Of a stretch of 64,000 nucleotides of DNA, positions 24,370 through 37,879 are shown one piece after another (within the stretch, counting starts at the first letter, position 1; each line of letters opens with the position of its first letter). A program made the translations under genes and the position numbers. Source of the stretch: Eledone cirrhosa. Its lineage: Eukaryota. The DNA lies in the NCBI GenBank assembly GCA_964016885.1, contig OZ024756.1, forward strand, positions 39,246,001-39,310,000. Reading direction: 5' to 3'. Below the pieces are notes generated by a model that had not been told where the DNA came from, did not search any database, and saw only the letters and a list, made by a program, of their open reading frames with translations.

Positions 24370-25946
24370 TGGTATTTGGTGTTGGTGTTGGTGGTGTAAT
24401 GGTGGCGGTGGTGGGGTGTGGTGGTAGTGGTGGTGGTGTAATGGTGTTGGTGGTGGTTTAGTAGTGGTGGTGGTGGTGGTGTAGTGGTGGTTACTGGTGT
24501 TGGTGGTGGTGTTGGTGTAATGGTGGGGGTGGTGGGGTGTGGTGGTAGTGGTGGTGGTGTAATGGTGTTGGTGGTGGTTTAGTAGTGGTGGTGGTGTTGG
24601 TGGTGGTGGTGTAGTGGTGGTTACTGGTGTTGGTGGTGGTGTTGGTGTAATGGTGGGGGTGGTGGGGTGTGGTGGTAGTGTTGGTGGTGTAATGGTGGCG
24701 GTGGTGGGGTGTGGTGGTAGTGTTGGTGGTGTAATGGTGGCGGTGGTGGGGTGTGGTGGTAGTGGTGGTGGTGTAATGGTGTTGGTGGTGGTTTAGTAGT
24801 GGTGGTGGTGTTGGTGGTGGTGGTGTAGTGGTGGTTACTGGTGTTGGTGGTGGTGTTGGTGTAATGGTGGTGGTGGTGGGGTGTGGTGGTAGTGGTGGTG
24901 GTGTAATGGTGGTGGTGGTGGTTTAGTAGTGGTGGTGGTGTTGGTGGTGGTGGTGTAGTGGTGGTTACTGGTGTTGGTGGTGGTGTTGGTGTAATGGTGG
25001 GGGTGGTGGGGTGTGGTGGTAGTGTTGGTGGTGTAATGGTGATGGTGGTGGGGTGTGGTGGTAGTGGTGGTGGTGTAATGGTGTTGGTGGTGGTGGTGGT
25101 TTAGTAGTGGTGGTGGTGTTGGTGGTGTAGTGGTGGCGGTGGTGGGGTGTGGTGGTAGTGGTGGTGGTGTAATGGTGTTGGTGGTGGTTTAGTAGTGGTG
25201 GTGGTGTTGGTGGTGGTGGTGTAGTGGTGGTTACTGGTGTTGGTGGTGGTGTTGGTGTAATGGTGGTGGTGGTGGGGTGTGGTGGTAGTGGTGGTGGTGT
25301 AATGGTGTTGGTGGTGGTTTAGTAGTGGTGGTGGTGTTGGTGGTGGTGGTGTAGTGGTGGTTACTGGTGTTGGTGGTGGTGTTGGTGTAATGGTGGGGGT
25401 GGTGGGGTGTGGTGGTAGTGTTGGTGGTGTAATGGTGATGGTGGTGGGGTGTGGTGGTAGTGGTGGTGGTGTAATGGTGTTGGTGGTGGTGGTGTTGGTG
25501 GTGGTGGTGTAGTGGTGGTTACTGGTGTTGGTGGTGGTAGTGGTGGTGGTGTTGGTGTAATGGTGGGGGTGGTGGGGTGTGGTGGTAGTGTTGGTGGTGT
25601 AATGGTGTTGGTGGTGGTGGTGGTTTAGTAGTGGTGGTGGTGTTGGTGGTGGTGGTGTAGTGGTGGTTACTGGTGTTGGTGGTGGTAGTGGTGGTGGTGT
25701 TGGTGGTGGTGGTGTAGTGGTGGTTACTGGTGTTGGTGGTGGTGTTGGTGTAATGGTGGCGGTGGTGGGGTGTGGTGGTAGTGGTGGTGGTGTAATGGTG
25801 TTGGTGGTGGTGGTGGTTTAGTAGTGGTGGTGGTGTTGGTGGTGGTGGTGTAGTGGTGGTTACTGGTGTTGGTGTTGGTGTAATGGTATTGGTGGTAGTG
25901 TTGGTAGTATTGGTGCTGTGGTGGTGTTGTGGTGTTGGTGGTGGTT
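24370..25946. repeat. GGT-rich degenerate satellite with a higher-order unit above 100 bp
   Basis: Recurring landmarks ggtttagtagt, ggttactggt and ggggtgtggt. Confidence 0.93.
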
Positions 25947-26421
25947 TTTCTTTCTTCTTCTTTTTCCTTTTCTTCTTCTTCTTCTTCTTCTTCTTCTTCT
26001 CCCCCCTCCTTCTTCTATATGATTTTAGAAAGATCAATTTAGCTGCTATTTCTAACAGATCTAACCATCCTACTGTTGGTTATTATCAAAGTAGAAATGG
26101 TTGCTACATTTATGAGGAAAGATGTTAATAACGAAATAACGAACCCAAAGTTTGTCGCCATATTTGCCTATTAACTCAATTTTATACAAATGGTTGTTAA
26201 TAATCTCAATAATCAATTGTCATCAAATTAATTAATTATCATCTAACATTCTAAATATGAGCTAATTAGTGGTTCTTATGATATTCTTAAATAGGAAATA
26301 GTTGAGTTACTCTCATGTGCTAATAGCTTTTGTTTCTCATTAGCAATGATGGACATACAATCTACAAGATAAATTGGTTGGGTGTATATGTATATACGTA
26401 TGTGCTGTTATGTTGTTATTG

Positions 26422-26664
26422 TTACAGCTCACACCTATGCAGGTTTAGCTCGCCTCCTCCAAGGTATATCTCGTAGGGGGGGGGGGTGATTTAATGATAA
26501 GGACCCCGGTCCTATCATCTCATTTCTACAGCTGAGTAAACTGAAGCAACGTGAAATAAAGTGTCTTGCTCAAGGAAAAAACACATCACCCGGTCCGAGA
26601 ATTGAACTCACAGCCTTTCGATTGCAAGCCTAATGCTCTAACCACTAAGTCATGCACCTTCACA
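26422..26664 (-). mobile_element. CORE-like tRNA-derived SINE (family C)
   Basis: tRNA-like head plus CTTGAGCAAGACACTTTATTTCACGTTGCT..CAG core; homologous to 38625 and 48047. Confidence 0.88.
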
Positions 26665-26674
26665 ATGTGATACA

Positions 26675-27612
26675 TGTACGTGTATATACATATGTGTATA
26701 TACGTATGTGTATATATGTATGTGTATATATGTATGTGTATATACGTATGTGTATATACGTATGTGTATATACGTATGTGTATATACGTATGTGTATATA
26801 TGTATGTGTATATATGTATGTGAATATATGTATGTGAATATACGTATGTGAATATACGTATGTGTATATACGTATGTGTATATATGTATGTGTATATATG
26901 TATGTGTATATATGTATGTGTATATATGTATGTGTATATATGTATGTGAATATACGTATGTGAATATACGTATGTGTATATATGTATGTGTATATATGTA
27001 TGTGTATATATGTATGTGTATATATGTATGTGTATATATGTATGTGTATATATGTATGTGTATATATGTATGTGTATATATGTATGTGTATATATGTATG
27101 TGTATAGATGTATGTGTATAGATGTATCTGTATATACGTATGTGTATAGATGTATGTGTATAGATGTATGTGTATAGATGTATGTGTATATATGTATGTG
27201 TATATATGTATGTGTATATACGTATGTGTATATACGTATGTGTATATATGTATGTGTATATATGTATGTGTATATACGTATGTGTATATATGTATGTGTA
27301 TATACGTATGTGTATATATGTATGTGTATATATGTATGTGTATATATGTATGTGTATATATGTATGTGTATATATGTATGTGTATATATGTATGTGTATA
27401 TATGTATGTGTATATATGTATGTGTATATATGTATGTGAATATATGTATGTGTATATATGTATGTGAATATATGTATGTGTATATATGTATGTGTATATA
27501 TGTATGTGTATATATGTATGTGTATATATGTATGTGTATATATGTATGTGTATATATGTATGTGTATATATGTATGTGTATATATGTATGTGTATATATG
27601 TATGTGTCTATA
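26675..27612. repeat. 14-bp minisatellite TATA(T/C)GTATGTGTA
   Basis: Read directly. Confidence 0.95.
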
Positions 27613-27850
27613 CGCGTGGCTTTTTGGTTGGGGAAGTCGGCTCAAGATGGCAAGGTTGTGGGTTCGATTCCCGGCGGTACGTTGTGTCCTTGAGCAAGAC
27701 ACTTTATTTCACGTTGCTCCAGTCCACTCAGTAGGTAAAAATGAGTTGTACCAGTAATTCGAAGGTTCAACGTGTCACATTCTGTGTCACGCCGAATCTC
27801 CCTGAGAACTGCGTTAAGGGTACGCGTGTTTGTAGAATGCTCAGCCATTA
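27613..27850 (+). mobile_element. CORE-like tRNA-derived SINE with a different 3' tail
   Basis: B-box GGTTCGATTCC; core gtgtccttgagcaagacactttatttcacgttgctccagtccactcag. Confidence 0.85.
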
Positions 27851-28805
27851 TGAGTGGTTTCGGGATTCACTTCGATTTCAGTTTCGATCTCACAGCGTGG
27901 CTTCTTGAGGAAGTATACTTAGGCCTCAAAAAGCCTTGTAAAGGAAATTGGGTATGTCAGTTTTCGAATGGAATGCTATGATAGTATGTAATTCAAATGG
28001 CACCCATTATCACTTGCTATGTCACGATGATTTAAGCTGAGAATTACATCAAAGATAAAAGTATCTGTGCTCTATGTAACTACTTAAACTATCATTCAGT
28101 GAGTTAGAAAGAAAGTTAAGTTGATTAAAAGACGGGATTACTCATTGTTGAAATCCACAGAGATCCATTTTGTCATTTGTTCATGTATGTATAAATCAAA
28201 TTAATACAAGCAACGAGTTACATAGTGTCGTAGAATTGGTATTGCATTCCTTTAATTTAGTTTATAAGACATTTCTCACCTTTCATTTGAATTCTTCGCC
28301 ATATTGAATTTAATTTAATTTAATTTCACATAACAAAGTGCAAATCAATGAAGATTTTTTGTAAAACTACATTTAAGGGAGGCGTACTTTTTTTAAATAT
28401 TATTTTACCAGTAATATCTCATTCTAGAGAGGACTTTGTTGAAAACAGTTTTTGTTTTATTAAAATTGACATTAACAATGCATCTGATTGTGAATCGTCT
28501 GCTAAATAAAAAAGCCCGCCTCTAAGGACTCCATTAATTTATTCTCTCGTGGATCGGTGACATTCTGTAAGATAAGATAACAAAATAGTAACATGTTGCT
28601 GAGCTGACAATGTTCTCTCAGAACCACAGACTATCAGTTTTGATGCCCCCCTCCCCCACAAAAGTTTAGTTTGCCCCCCCCCCTCCTCCTTATTGATGTC
28701 ACTGAGCTACTAATTGCTATCAACTTCCACATCGTTCACTCATGCTCAGGTGATAATCCCATTCAAACCTGTCTAAACGTTCGACAGCTGTGCGTCGTCC
28801 ATATG

Positions 28806-28863
<58 letters not shown>

Positions 28864-29171
28864 TATATATATATATATATACACTGACTACACCAACGAA
28901 AACCTCGGAACATTCTCAAATGATATCATATCAATCGTATTTCTCCACCCCCACAGCACATTCCTACACACCAAGAAACATTACCACACACCACCACCAG
29001 CCACGACCCACCTAATCAGAAGGTATTTACAATTCTAGAACAGCCCCCCCCCCCCCCCCCCCCTTCCCTAAAAAAAACAAAAGCACACGTGCGTATTCAG
29101 TCAGTCATTTTGGAGATCCTTTACTTAAGAACACATGACCTACCAGAATCTCTTCTTTAACCATATTAACC

Positions 29172-29280
29172 CGTAGAGGTTGACTTTGCCTTTCATCCTT
29201 ACGGGGTCGATACAATAAAGTACCAGTAATGCACTGGGTAATTGCTGGCCTTGTGCCTAAAGTAAAAACCATTATTATTG
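29172..29280 (+). mobile_element. SINE family A, 3' half
   Basis: Core plus tail. Confidence 0.85.
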
Positions 29281-29325
29281 TTACTGTAAATAATATCATG
29301 TTTATGTACACCACATCTCTAAACC

Positions 29326-31555
29326 CTATCTCACCCTACCACCCTTCCTCACCAACCACAGTATGTACACCCCACCTCTATCTCACCCTACCACCCTTCC
29401 TCACCAACCACAGTATGTACACCCCACCTCTATCTCACCCTACCACCCTTCCTCACCAACCACAGTATGTACACCCCACCTCTATCTCACCCTACCACCC
29501 TTCCTCACCAACCACAGTATGTACACCCCACCTCTATCTCACCCTACCACCCTTCCCCACCAACCACAGTATGTACACCCCACCCCTATCTCACCCTACC
29601 ACCCTTCCTCACCAACCACAGTATGTACACCCCACCTCTATCTCACCCTACCACCCTTCCTCACCAACCACAGTATGTACACCCCACCTCTATCTCACCC
29701 TACCACCCTTCCTCACCAACCACAGTATGTACACCCCACCTCTATCTCACCCTACCACCCTTCCCCACCAACCACAGTATGTACACCCCACCTCTATCTC
29801 ACCCTACCACCCTTCCTCACCAACCACAGTATGTACACCCCACCTCTATCTCACCCTACCACCCTTCCCCACCAACCACAGTATGTACACCCCACCTCTA
29901 TCTCACCCTACCACCCTTCCCCACCAACCACAGTATGTACACCCCACCTCTATCTCACCCTACCACCCTTCCCCACCAACCACAGTATGTACACCCCACC
30001 TCTATCTCACCCTACCACCCTTCCCCACCAACCACAGTATGTACACCCCACCTCTATCTCACCCTACCACCCTTCCCCACCAACCACAGTATGTACACCC
30101 CACCTCTATCTCACCCTACCACCCTTCCCCACCAACCACAGTATGTACACCCCACCTCTATCTCACCCTACCACCCTTCCCCACCAACCACAGTATGTAC
30201 ACCCCACCTCTATCTCACCCTACCACCCTTCCCCACCAACCACAGTATGTACACCCCACCTCTATCTCACCCTACCACCCTTCCCCACCAACCACAGTAT
30301 GTACACCCCACCTCTATCTCACCCTACCACCCTTCCCCACCAACCACAGTATGTACACCCCACCTCTATCTCACCCTACCACCCTTCCCCACCAACCACA
30401 GTATGTACACCCCACCTCTATCTCACCCTACCACCCTTCCCCACCAACCACAGTATGTACACCCCACCTCTATCTCACCCTACCACCCTTCCCCACCAAC
30501 CACAGTATGTACACCCCACCTCTATCTCACCCTACCACCCTTCCTCACCAACCACAGTATGTACACCCCACCTCTATCTCACCCTACCACCCTTCCCCAC
30601 CAACCACAGTATGTACACCCCACCTCTATCTCACCCTACCACCCTTCCTCACCAACCACAGTATGTACACCCCACCTCTATCTCACCCTACCACCCTTCC
30701 TCACCAACCACAGTATGTACACCCCACCTCTATCTCACCCTACCACCCTTCCTCACCAACCACAGTATGTACACCCCACCTCTATCTCACCCTACCACCC
30801 TTCCCCACCAACCACAGTATGTACACCCCACCTCTATCTCACCCTACCACCCTTCCTCACCAACCACAGTATGTACACCCCACCTCTATCTCACCCTACC
30901 ACCCTTCCTCACCAACCACAGTATGTACACCCCACCTCTATCTCACCCTACCACCCTTCCTCACCAACCACAGTATGTACACCCCACCTCTATCTCACCC
31001 TACCACCCTTCCTCACCAACCACAGTATGTACACCCCACCTCTATCTCACCCTACCACCCTTCCTCACCAACCACAGTATGTACACCCCACCTCTATCTC
31101 ACCCTACCACCCTTCCTCACCAACCACAGTATGTACACCCCACCTCTATCTCACCCTACCACCCTTCCTCACCAACCACAGTATGTACACCCCACCTCTA
31201 TCTCACCCTACCACCCTTCCCCACCAACCACAGTATGTACACCCCACCTCTATCTCACCCTACCACCCTTCCTCACCAACCACAGTATGTACACCCCACC
31301 TCTATCTCACCTACCACCCTTCCTCACCAACCACAGTATGTACACCCCACCTCTATCTCACCCTACCACCCTTCCTCACCAACCACAGTATGTACACCCC
31401 ACCTCTATCTCACCCTACCACCCTTCCTCACCAACCACAGTATGTACACCCCACCTCTATCTCACCCTACCACCCTTCCTCACCAACCACAGTATGTACA
31501 CCCCACCTCTATCTCACCCTACCACCCTTCCCCACCAACCACAGTATGTACACCT
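29326..31555. repeat. 52-bp tandem array, about 43 near-identical copies
   Basis: Unit ctatctcaccctaccacccttcc(t/c)caccaaccacagtatgtacaccccacct. It explains the three overlapping 696-836 aa ORFs. Confidence 0.97.
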
Positions 31556-32159
31556 GACCCTTATCTCACTCTATGCTCTCTTCCTCATCAATCACCCCAA
31601 CCCTATCTCACCCCCTCCTCCCTTCCCTATATCGATCAGCTCACCCGGTTTTTTCCTCTCCTCATCAACCACACTGTGTTCACCCTCACCCTTTGTCTTC
31701 ACACAAAACCATTATGTAAATCTTTCTGCGATCAATTGAGATGAATTCTTGCGGCATTTATCTCACATTAATGTAGTCCGTTTCTTCCCCAAATTCTCAC
31801 ACTTGCCTCAACTACAGTAAAACCTGTATTCTTCATTCAGTTCCAAATGTTTTCAGGCAAGACATTCTAAAATTATATCGAATATTTTTGTTAATCAATA
31901 CATGTCATTCCTCGCTTTATTTATTTTTTCTTCTTCCCATGATAAAGTTCTTTTATATCACTAGAACATATTTTATCCATAATTGTTATTGTCCTCATTG
32001 CTATAATTTCCACCATTCACACAATTATCTTTTAATACTCTCTTTCCATTTGTTGAGAAGAAGCGTCTTTCCCACCAACAAATATCTCTCTATGTATCTC
32101 TCTTATCAAAGATTTTCATTTCAATGTTAAAACTATTGTGGAACTATTGCTGCTAACTT

Positions 32160-32630
32160 TTACTCTCTCTTTACTCTTTTCTCTCTGTCTGCTCTCTGTC
32201 CCCCCCTCTCTGTCTTCTCTTATGCTCGCTCTGTCTTCTCTCATGCTCTCCTCTCTCTCTCTCTCTCTCTGTTTTCTCTCATCACTCTCTCTCTCTCTCT
32301 CTCAACTCTTCTTTCACACCTCATCTCTCTCTTCACTCTCTCTCTCTTCTTTCACCCTCTCTCTCTTCTCTCACACTCTCCTCTCTCTCTTCTCTCACAC
32401 TCTCCTCTCTCTCTTTTCTCTCTTACTCTTCTTTCACACTCTCCTCTCTCACATACTCCTCTCTATCTGCTCTCTCACACTCTCCTCTCCTCTCTCACAC
32501 TCCTCTCTCACACACTCCTCTCTCTCACTCTCCTCTCTCTCAACTTTCCTCTCTCTTCTCTCTCCTCTCTCTCCTCTCTCTTACACTCTCATCGCTTCTC
32601 TATCTCTCTTCTCTCTCCTACTTCCTCTCT
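32160..32630. repeat. CT-rich low-complexity region
   Basis: Read directly. Confidence 0.9.
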
Positions 32631-33011
32631 TACATTTCCGGTAATACAGACAATTCCTACTTTATATATATATTCATGGTTGCTCGTCTGTTGTCAGGTA
32701 GTAAGCAAAGTATATTGTTAGGTGTGAGCACATAAGAGTAGAATTTTAACACCAAAAGTCTTGTGGTCTTAGTTTATAGCTTTTGTGATTGCTATTTTCT
32801 TTATATTCCTCATTATTTTTTTTATTTCCATTTTTTTCTTCCTAAATAGTTTTCAACGGGCTTTGTTTTCTTTTGTATTGTAGTCTAACAGCAATACCTC
32901 TCTATCCAATCAGTATATATTTCAAGTTTTAGAATTATTTTACACCTCCTGCGTGACTACTGTTAAATCTTCCAGTGTTAGATATATTTTCACTTACTTG
33001 TAAAATGTTCA

Positions 33012-33047
33012 TTGTTATTTACAAACTTTAGAATGTCCTGATATATA

Positions 33048-33085
<38 letters not shown>

Positions 33086-33165
33086 AATATATATATATAA
33101 ATATAAATTGGTTACAGTACCTGTATATATATATATCAGAACATTCTAAAGTTTGTAAATAACAA
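33012..33165. repeat. Inverted repeat with ~35-bp arms around a TA tract
   Basis: ttgttatttacaaactttagaatgtcctgatata and tatatcagaacattctaaagtttgtaaataacaa. Confidence 0.85.
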
Positions 33166-33349
33166 GGAAAAAGTATGACGCCGACGGCAGAGCTCAAGCC
33201 GTTTCGACGGCTATTTCAGTCCAGAAATAGCCGTCGAAACGGCTTGAGCTCTGCCGTCGGGGGTCATACTTTTTCCTATTTTCCACTCTACTACTCTAAG
33301 TATTGAGTACTCTGGTGTGTTATGGTCCATCTGGTTCCTCACCACATTT

Positions 33350-33352
<3 letters not shown>
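33165..33352 (+). mobile_element. Palindromic Penelope-like remnant, family P (hammerhead 3' half plus tail)
   Basis: Near-perfect palindrome at 33165-33277 containing GAAACGGC-ttgagctct-GCCGTC, then a unique tail into (TA)n. Three copies occur in the window. Confidence 0.7.
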
Positions 33353-33408
<56 letters not shown>

Positions 33409-33417
<9 letters not shown>

Positions 33418-33633
33418 AATAACAGATTAAAGTTTAAGCAAAGAATCGCTGCTTTCACCCTTAACGGGATCGTTGAAATTCAGAAGAACCCGTTAAGGGT
33501 GAAAGCAGCGATTCTTTGCTTAAACTTTAATCTGTTATTTTAATAAATATTTGCTCTACGGTTCTTATATATTTGATATATATTTATCCTTATCGAGCCC
33601 TCTTTGGATTTTAGTCTTCAAATTTATTATTAT

Positions 33634-33637
<4 letters not shown>
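33409..33637 (+). mobile_element. Palindromic TA-flanked Penelope-like remnant
   Basis: Perfect 60-bp arms at 33409-33468 and 33489-33548. The apex reads CAGAAGA-ACCC-gttaa-GGGT-GAAA. Confidence 0.68.
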
Positions 33638-33679
<42 letters not shown>

Positions 33680-33684
<5 letters not shown>

Positions 33685-33724
33685 TTCTACAGCACTAGAA
33701 CCGTTTCATTCAGGAGAAATCATA
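33680..33724 (-). mobile_element. Family B fragment of about 45 bp between TA runs
   Basis: ggcttctacagcactagaaccgtttcattcaggagaaatcat. Confidence 0.6.
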
Positions 33725-33761
33725 TATATACATATATATATACATATATAGATAGATATAT

Positions 33762-33968
33762 AACAAAGAGGGTGTGGTGAGATAACAGGTGGACCATAAC
33801 TCACCAGAGTACTCGATAGTTGGGGTAGTAGAGTTGGTTATATGAAAAGATTCAGGACCCCGACGGCTGAGCTCCAGCCGTTTCAACAGCTAGATCCGAA
33901 CTGTTCCAAGCTATCTATCGAAACGGCCGGAGGAGCTCAGCCGTCGGGGTCCTGAATCTTTTCATATA
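33762..33968 (-). mobile_element. Family P, second copy (opposite orientation)
   Basis: The tail at 33762-33838 is a reverse-complement homologue of 33278-33352; palindrome at 33839-33968. Confidence 0.7.
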
Positions 33969-34179
33969 GATATATATATATAGATAGATATATATAGTAA
34001 TATATATAGATATAGATAACCTTTATAGGATTCTATTCTGTGTTTTGTTGTTTTTTCCTATTGCAGTCTGAATTTGTGGGTTTTTAAAAATAATTTTTTA
34101 TATTTAATACTTAATAAACTTTACTATCAGTAGAGCTATCACTGCTTTTAATGTCTCTTAATCATTATTATTGGAAGAA

Positions 34180-34555
34180 TGCTTTGACGCATAGAGTTAC
34201 GGTCCTTTATGATCTGAGCTCAAATACCGCCGAGGTTAACTTTGCCTTTCATCCTTACGGGGTCGATAAATAAAGTACCAGTCATGCACTGGGGTCGATT
34301 TAATCGACTTCCCCCTCCCCCAAAATTGCTGGCCTTGTGCCTATATAAGAAACCATTATTTCATGGTGTCTTGGCAGTATCGGTAGATGGTGGGACGCCA
34401 TTCTTTGCCGCAAAGAGTTGCGGCCCTTTATGGTCTGAGTTCAAATCCCGCTGAGGTTAACTTTGCCTTTCATTCTTACGGGGTCGATAAAATAAAGTAC
34501 CAGTAATACACTGGGGTAATTGCTGGCCTTGTGCCAAAAGTAGAAACAGTTATTT
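34180..34555 (+). mobile_element. Two tandem family A SINEs
   Basis: Core motifs near 34230 and 34455. Confidence 0.9.
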
Positions 34556-35560
34556 CATTAGATCTATTTTCTTTGCTACCTTTTATCATAAAACACAGAT
34601 CCAGCTGTCTTTGTTTAAGTGCAGAATTTCGTTTTGTTTTCATGGTTAATGAAAACAAAATCAAACTTATTTTATCGTCAGTAGTATATGAAGAGCGTCT
34701 AGAATGTTATTTTTTGTTAATACTACAGGAGATATTCTCATATCTTTATATATATATATTTCGTGTAGTTTAATCCTTTTCTAGACACCTATTATTATAA
34801 TATTTGTTTTTACAATTTTTAATCCTTATATTTTCTATACCGTTATTTCTCTTTTTTTTTTTTGTCTTTTCTATTTGGATTTCAGAGATATCATTTTTAG
34901 AATTTTGTTTTTTTAGAATTGATACGTCTTTGATAATAACAACTAAGATATCTCACTGAATCTCGTTGTGTATAGATCAGCATCACCCAGACTATTGTCA
35001 TTTTGAGATGTTTTTGTTTTCTGCGTATTCCATCATGTTTTTACAGTTTCCAACTCTACCATGTCTGTACTTATATTTCATTTTGGCAAAACACGTGACA
35101 GCCAAAAACAATATGATTGATTATTTCTTCGAATCTATTCTTATTTCTTTATTTGTTGCTTAGTTCTTTCTTAAAATTGATTTGGGCTAAAGACGAGCTG
35201 TCCTGTTCAAAGAAAAATTATCACTTCTTATAGCAAGGGAATCTTCGCGATTTAGGGAGAATCTTTTGTCTTAAGAATTCTTTGATTTTATAAACCTTTG
35301 TTTTCCTTATTTTATATTTCTTTAGTTTTCTTTCTCATTTTACAATTTTGTGCGTGTCAATTATCGATTTCAGCCTAAATCATATATCATATTATTTATT
35401 TTCTCTGTAAGATGCTTTTTGATTGAATTGAGTTTTGTCAGTCTATTTAGTTTACTTTGATATCTAGATGGGTCTAAAAGAAGAGTTTTTTGGGAGGTGC
35501 CTACTTGTCTTTGAGTAGCTGTTACTATGAGTGACTGATTTATTATGGTAATACTGATAT

Positions 35561-35665
35561 AGAGAGTGTCCCCCAAAAATGTATACACACTTTGGTTACC
35601 TGTACAGGCAATATTTATTAGCATGCACAGACTTTGTGTATACATTTTTTCGAGACACCTTTTGT
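35561..35665. mobile_element. Degenerate Tc1/mariner-type MITE
   Basis: gtgtcccccaaaaatgtatacaca...tgtgtatacattttttcgagacacc. Confidence 0.7.
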
Positions 35666-35737
35666 ATATCATGGCGATACTTATATAAATCATGTGATAA
35701 TAATAATTATATATTGATCATACTGACATATATATCA

Positions 35738-36037
<300 letters not shown>

Positions 36038-36039
36038 AC

Positions 36040-36155
36040 AATGGGCTTCCGTATAGTTTCCGTTTACTAGATTTCGCTGATAAGGCAGCGGCCAATCCGA
36101 GGCTATAGTAGAAGAGACGCTGTAGGACTGAAACTCAATCTGAAACCACGTTGTC
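36040..36155 (-). mobile_element. Degenerate SINE of a third family
   Basis: gggcttcc..agtttccgt..ccgaggctatagtagaaga resembles an octopus SINE recalled from memory; a related remnant lies at 55205-55340. Confidence 0.45.
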
Positions 36156-36674
36156 TAACTTTGACACTGGTTTATATTTATTTACTGACTAACAGCTTCC
36201 TTCTTATACCTTCAAAATATTTGTTTTTAATTTGGCTGGTATTAATTTTACTTATACCTTTTTACTCATTTAATCCTCTAGTTTTAAGGATTTCTTTCAA
36301 ATGTTTTATTATATTCACAGAGTCATTCACACTTTTCAAATCCCTTAATGCTTTTCTTTTACGTATTAATCTTCCTTTTTATTTTATTTATGTAGCCTGA
36401 TTTCCTTGTTTGTTTACATCTTAGAGACACATTTTATAGGCAAAATGTTTTTAACTCTAATATATTTTTCTTTCTGCATTTTTTTGTGTGTTGCTTTTCC
36501 GATTTATGTAAATGTGTATTTGTGTTGAGAAACATGTCCGTATTTCTTTAATTTCTGACATAGGAAAAAGGAAATTTAAGTGGGGATATTCCAGTATTTG
36601 ACTGCCAGTTATATTTAATCAATTCCAGAAATGTGAAACTTAGAGGGATTTGTTTCGAGTACGATTGTTTAAAT

Positions 36675-36716
<42 letters not shown>

Positions 36717-36830
36717 GGTGGGGGGTGGGGTGTTTGTGTGTATGTAAAAGGTAAACAGAAATAACAACACAATCGGTAAAGTATATGGAAAGGATATATT
36801 AGGTTAACGCTTGATATAGCAGGAAGGGGA

Positions 36831-36866
36831 TCTTAACGTTTCGGACGCTAGTCCTTCATCAGAAGA
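36831..36866 (-). ncRNA. Minimal type I hammerhead ribozyme
   Basis: TCTT-CTGATGA-A-GGAC-tagc-GTCC-GAAA-CG-TT-AAGA, with stem I TCTT/AAGA and a palindromic AACGTT at stem III. Confidence 0.7.
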
Positions 36867-36965
36867 AATAATGAGAAATAAGATAGATTGAAGGGATGGG
36901 TGGTTGGAATTGGAAAAAATGTCTTTAGATAAAAATAACAGGTCCATTCATGTTGACATATCTTG

Positions 36966-37021
<56 letters not shown>

Positions 37022-37879
37022 CCTTGGTCTTACTGAATTTTTAATTATAAATGCTCTGTCACTGTAGCTATTCGCTCCCAAAGAGCAATGGGTGAAAGAG
37101 GCACTGTGCTTAACTTATGAAAATAGCGATTTAGCACACTATAACCGCATATGTATATATATATACATATATATTTCAATTCTGGCGTTATTTTAATATT
37201 CTATTCCCCCACTTAACTCTTTACGTCTGAGTTCAAAACCCGCCAAAGACAACTTGGCTTGGGGTTGGATTAAATAAAGTATCAGTTATGTATTGGGGTC
37301 GATCTAACCGAGTTTTTCTCCTCCAATTGTTGGATTTGTGTCTAAATTAAACATCATTTTTCACCATTAACTTAGACCTAAAGTGATCTTATAAATATTT
37401 CAATATCAATCGATGTAGCAGGAGAATTTCATTTACAAACACGATATAAAAAAAAAATCAATATTAATATATTTGAGAAGTAAATCTAATTATATTTAAC
37501 ATCATGATATCAAACTACATTTGAGAAGACTGATCTTACAAACTGAATTAAATGAATGACAGGAGAGACACACAAGAAAGGAATTCTGCGTTAGTTATCC
37601 AAGATATAACGTGGGTTGAAATTCTAGCTAATTATCAAAGAGTACAATTTGTTAGTCTCGCTCTGACCCTAAGCTTCAATATCAGCAATTTTGACATATA
37701 AGATACTCAGTCTAAAGAAACCGGTTGTCAGCATCGCTGAAAACATGTGTCAAAGTTCATAAATTTTGATATGCTTGTATACTCTAAGGAACAATACAGG
37801 TATTTCGATTTAGACACAATGTATCTTGGAGTAAATTGTCCAATGCGTGTTTTGAGAGTGAACTGGTTGTTATTTCTAA

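Noticed and set aside
23243-26128. His/Pro/Thr- and Gly/Val-rich ORFs
   Set aside because: These are translations of GGT-rich simple repeats.
29229-31744. Three long Pro/His/Thr-rich ORFs (mucin- or extensin-like)
   Set aside because: All three frames are open because the 52-bp unit lacks stops on this strand. The longest ORF starts inside a SINE.
37055-37100. Minus-strand GCTC-tttgg-GAGC-GAA hairpin in a TA-flanked island
   Set aside because: It may be a decayed hammerhead, but CTGAnGA is absent.
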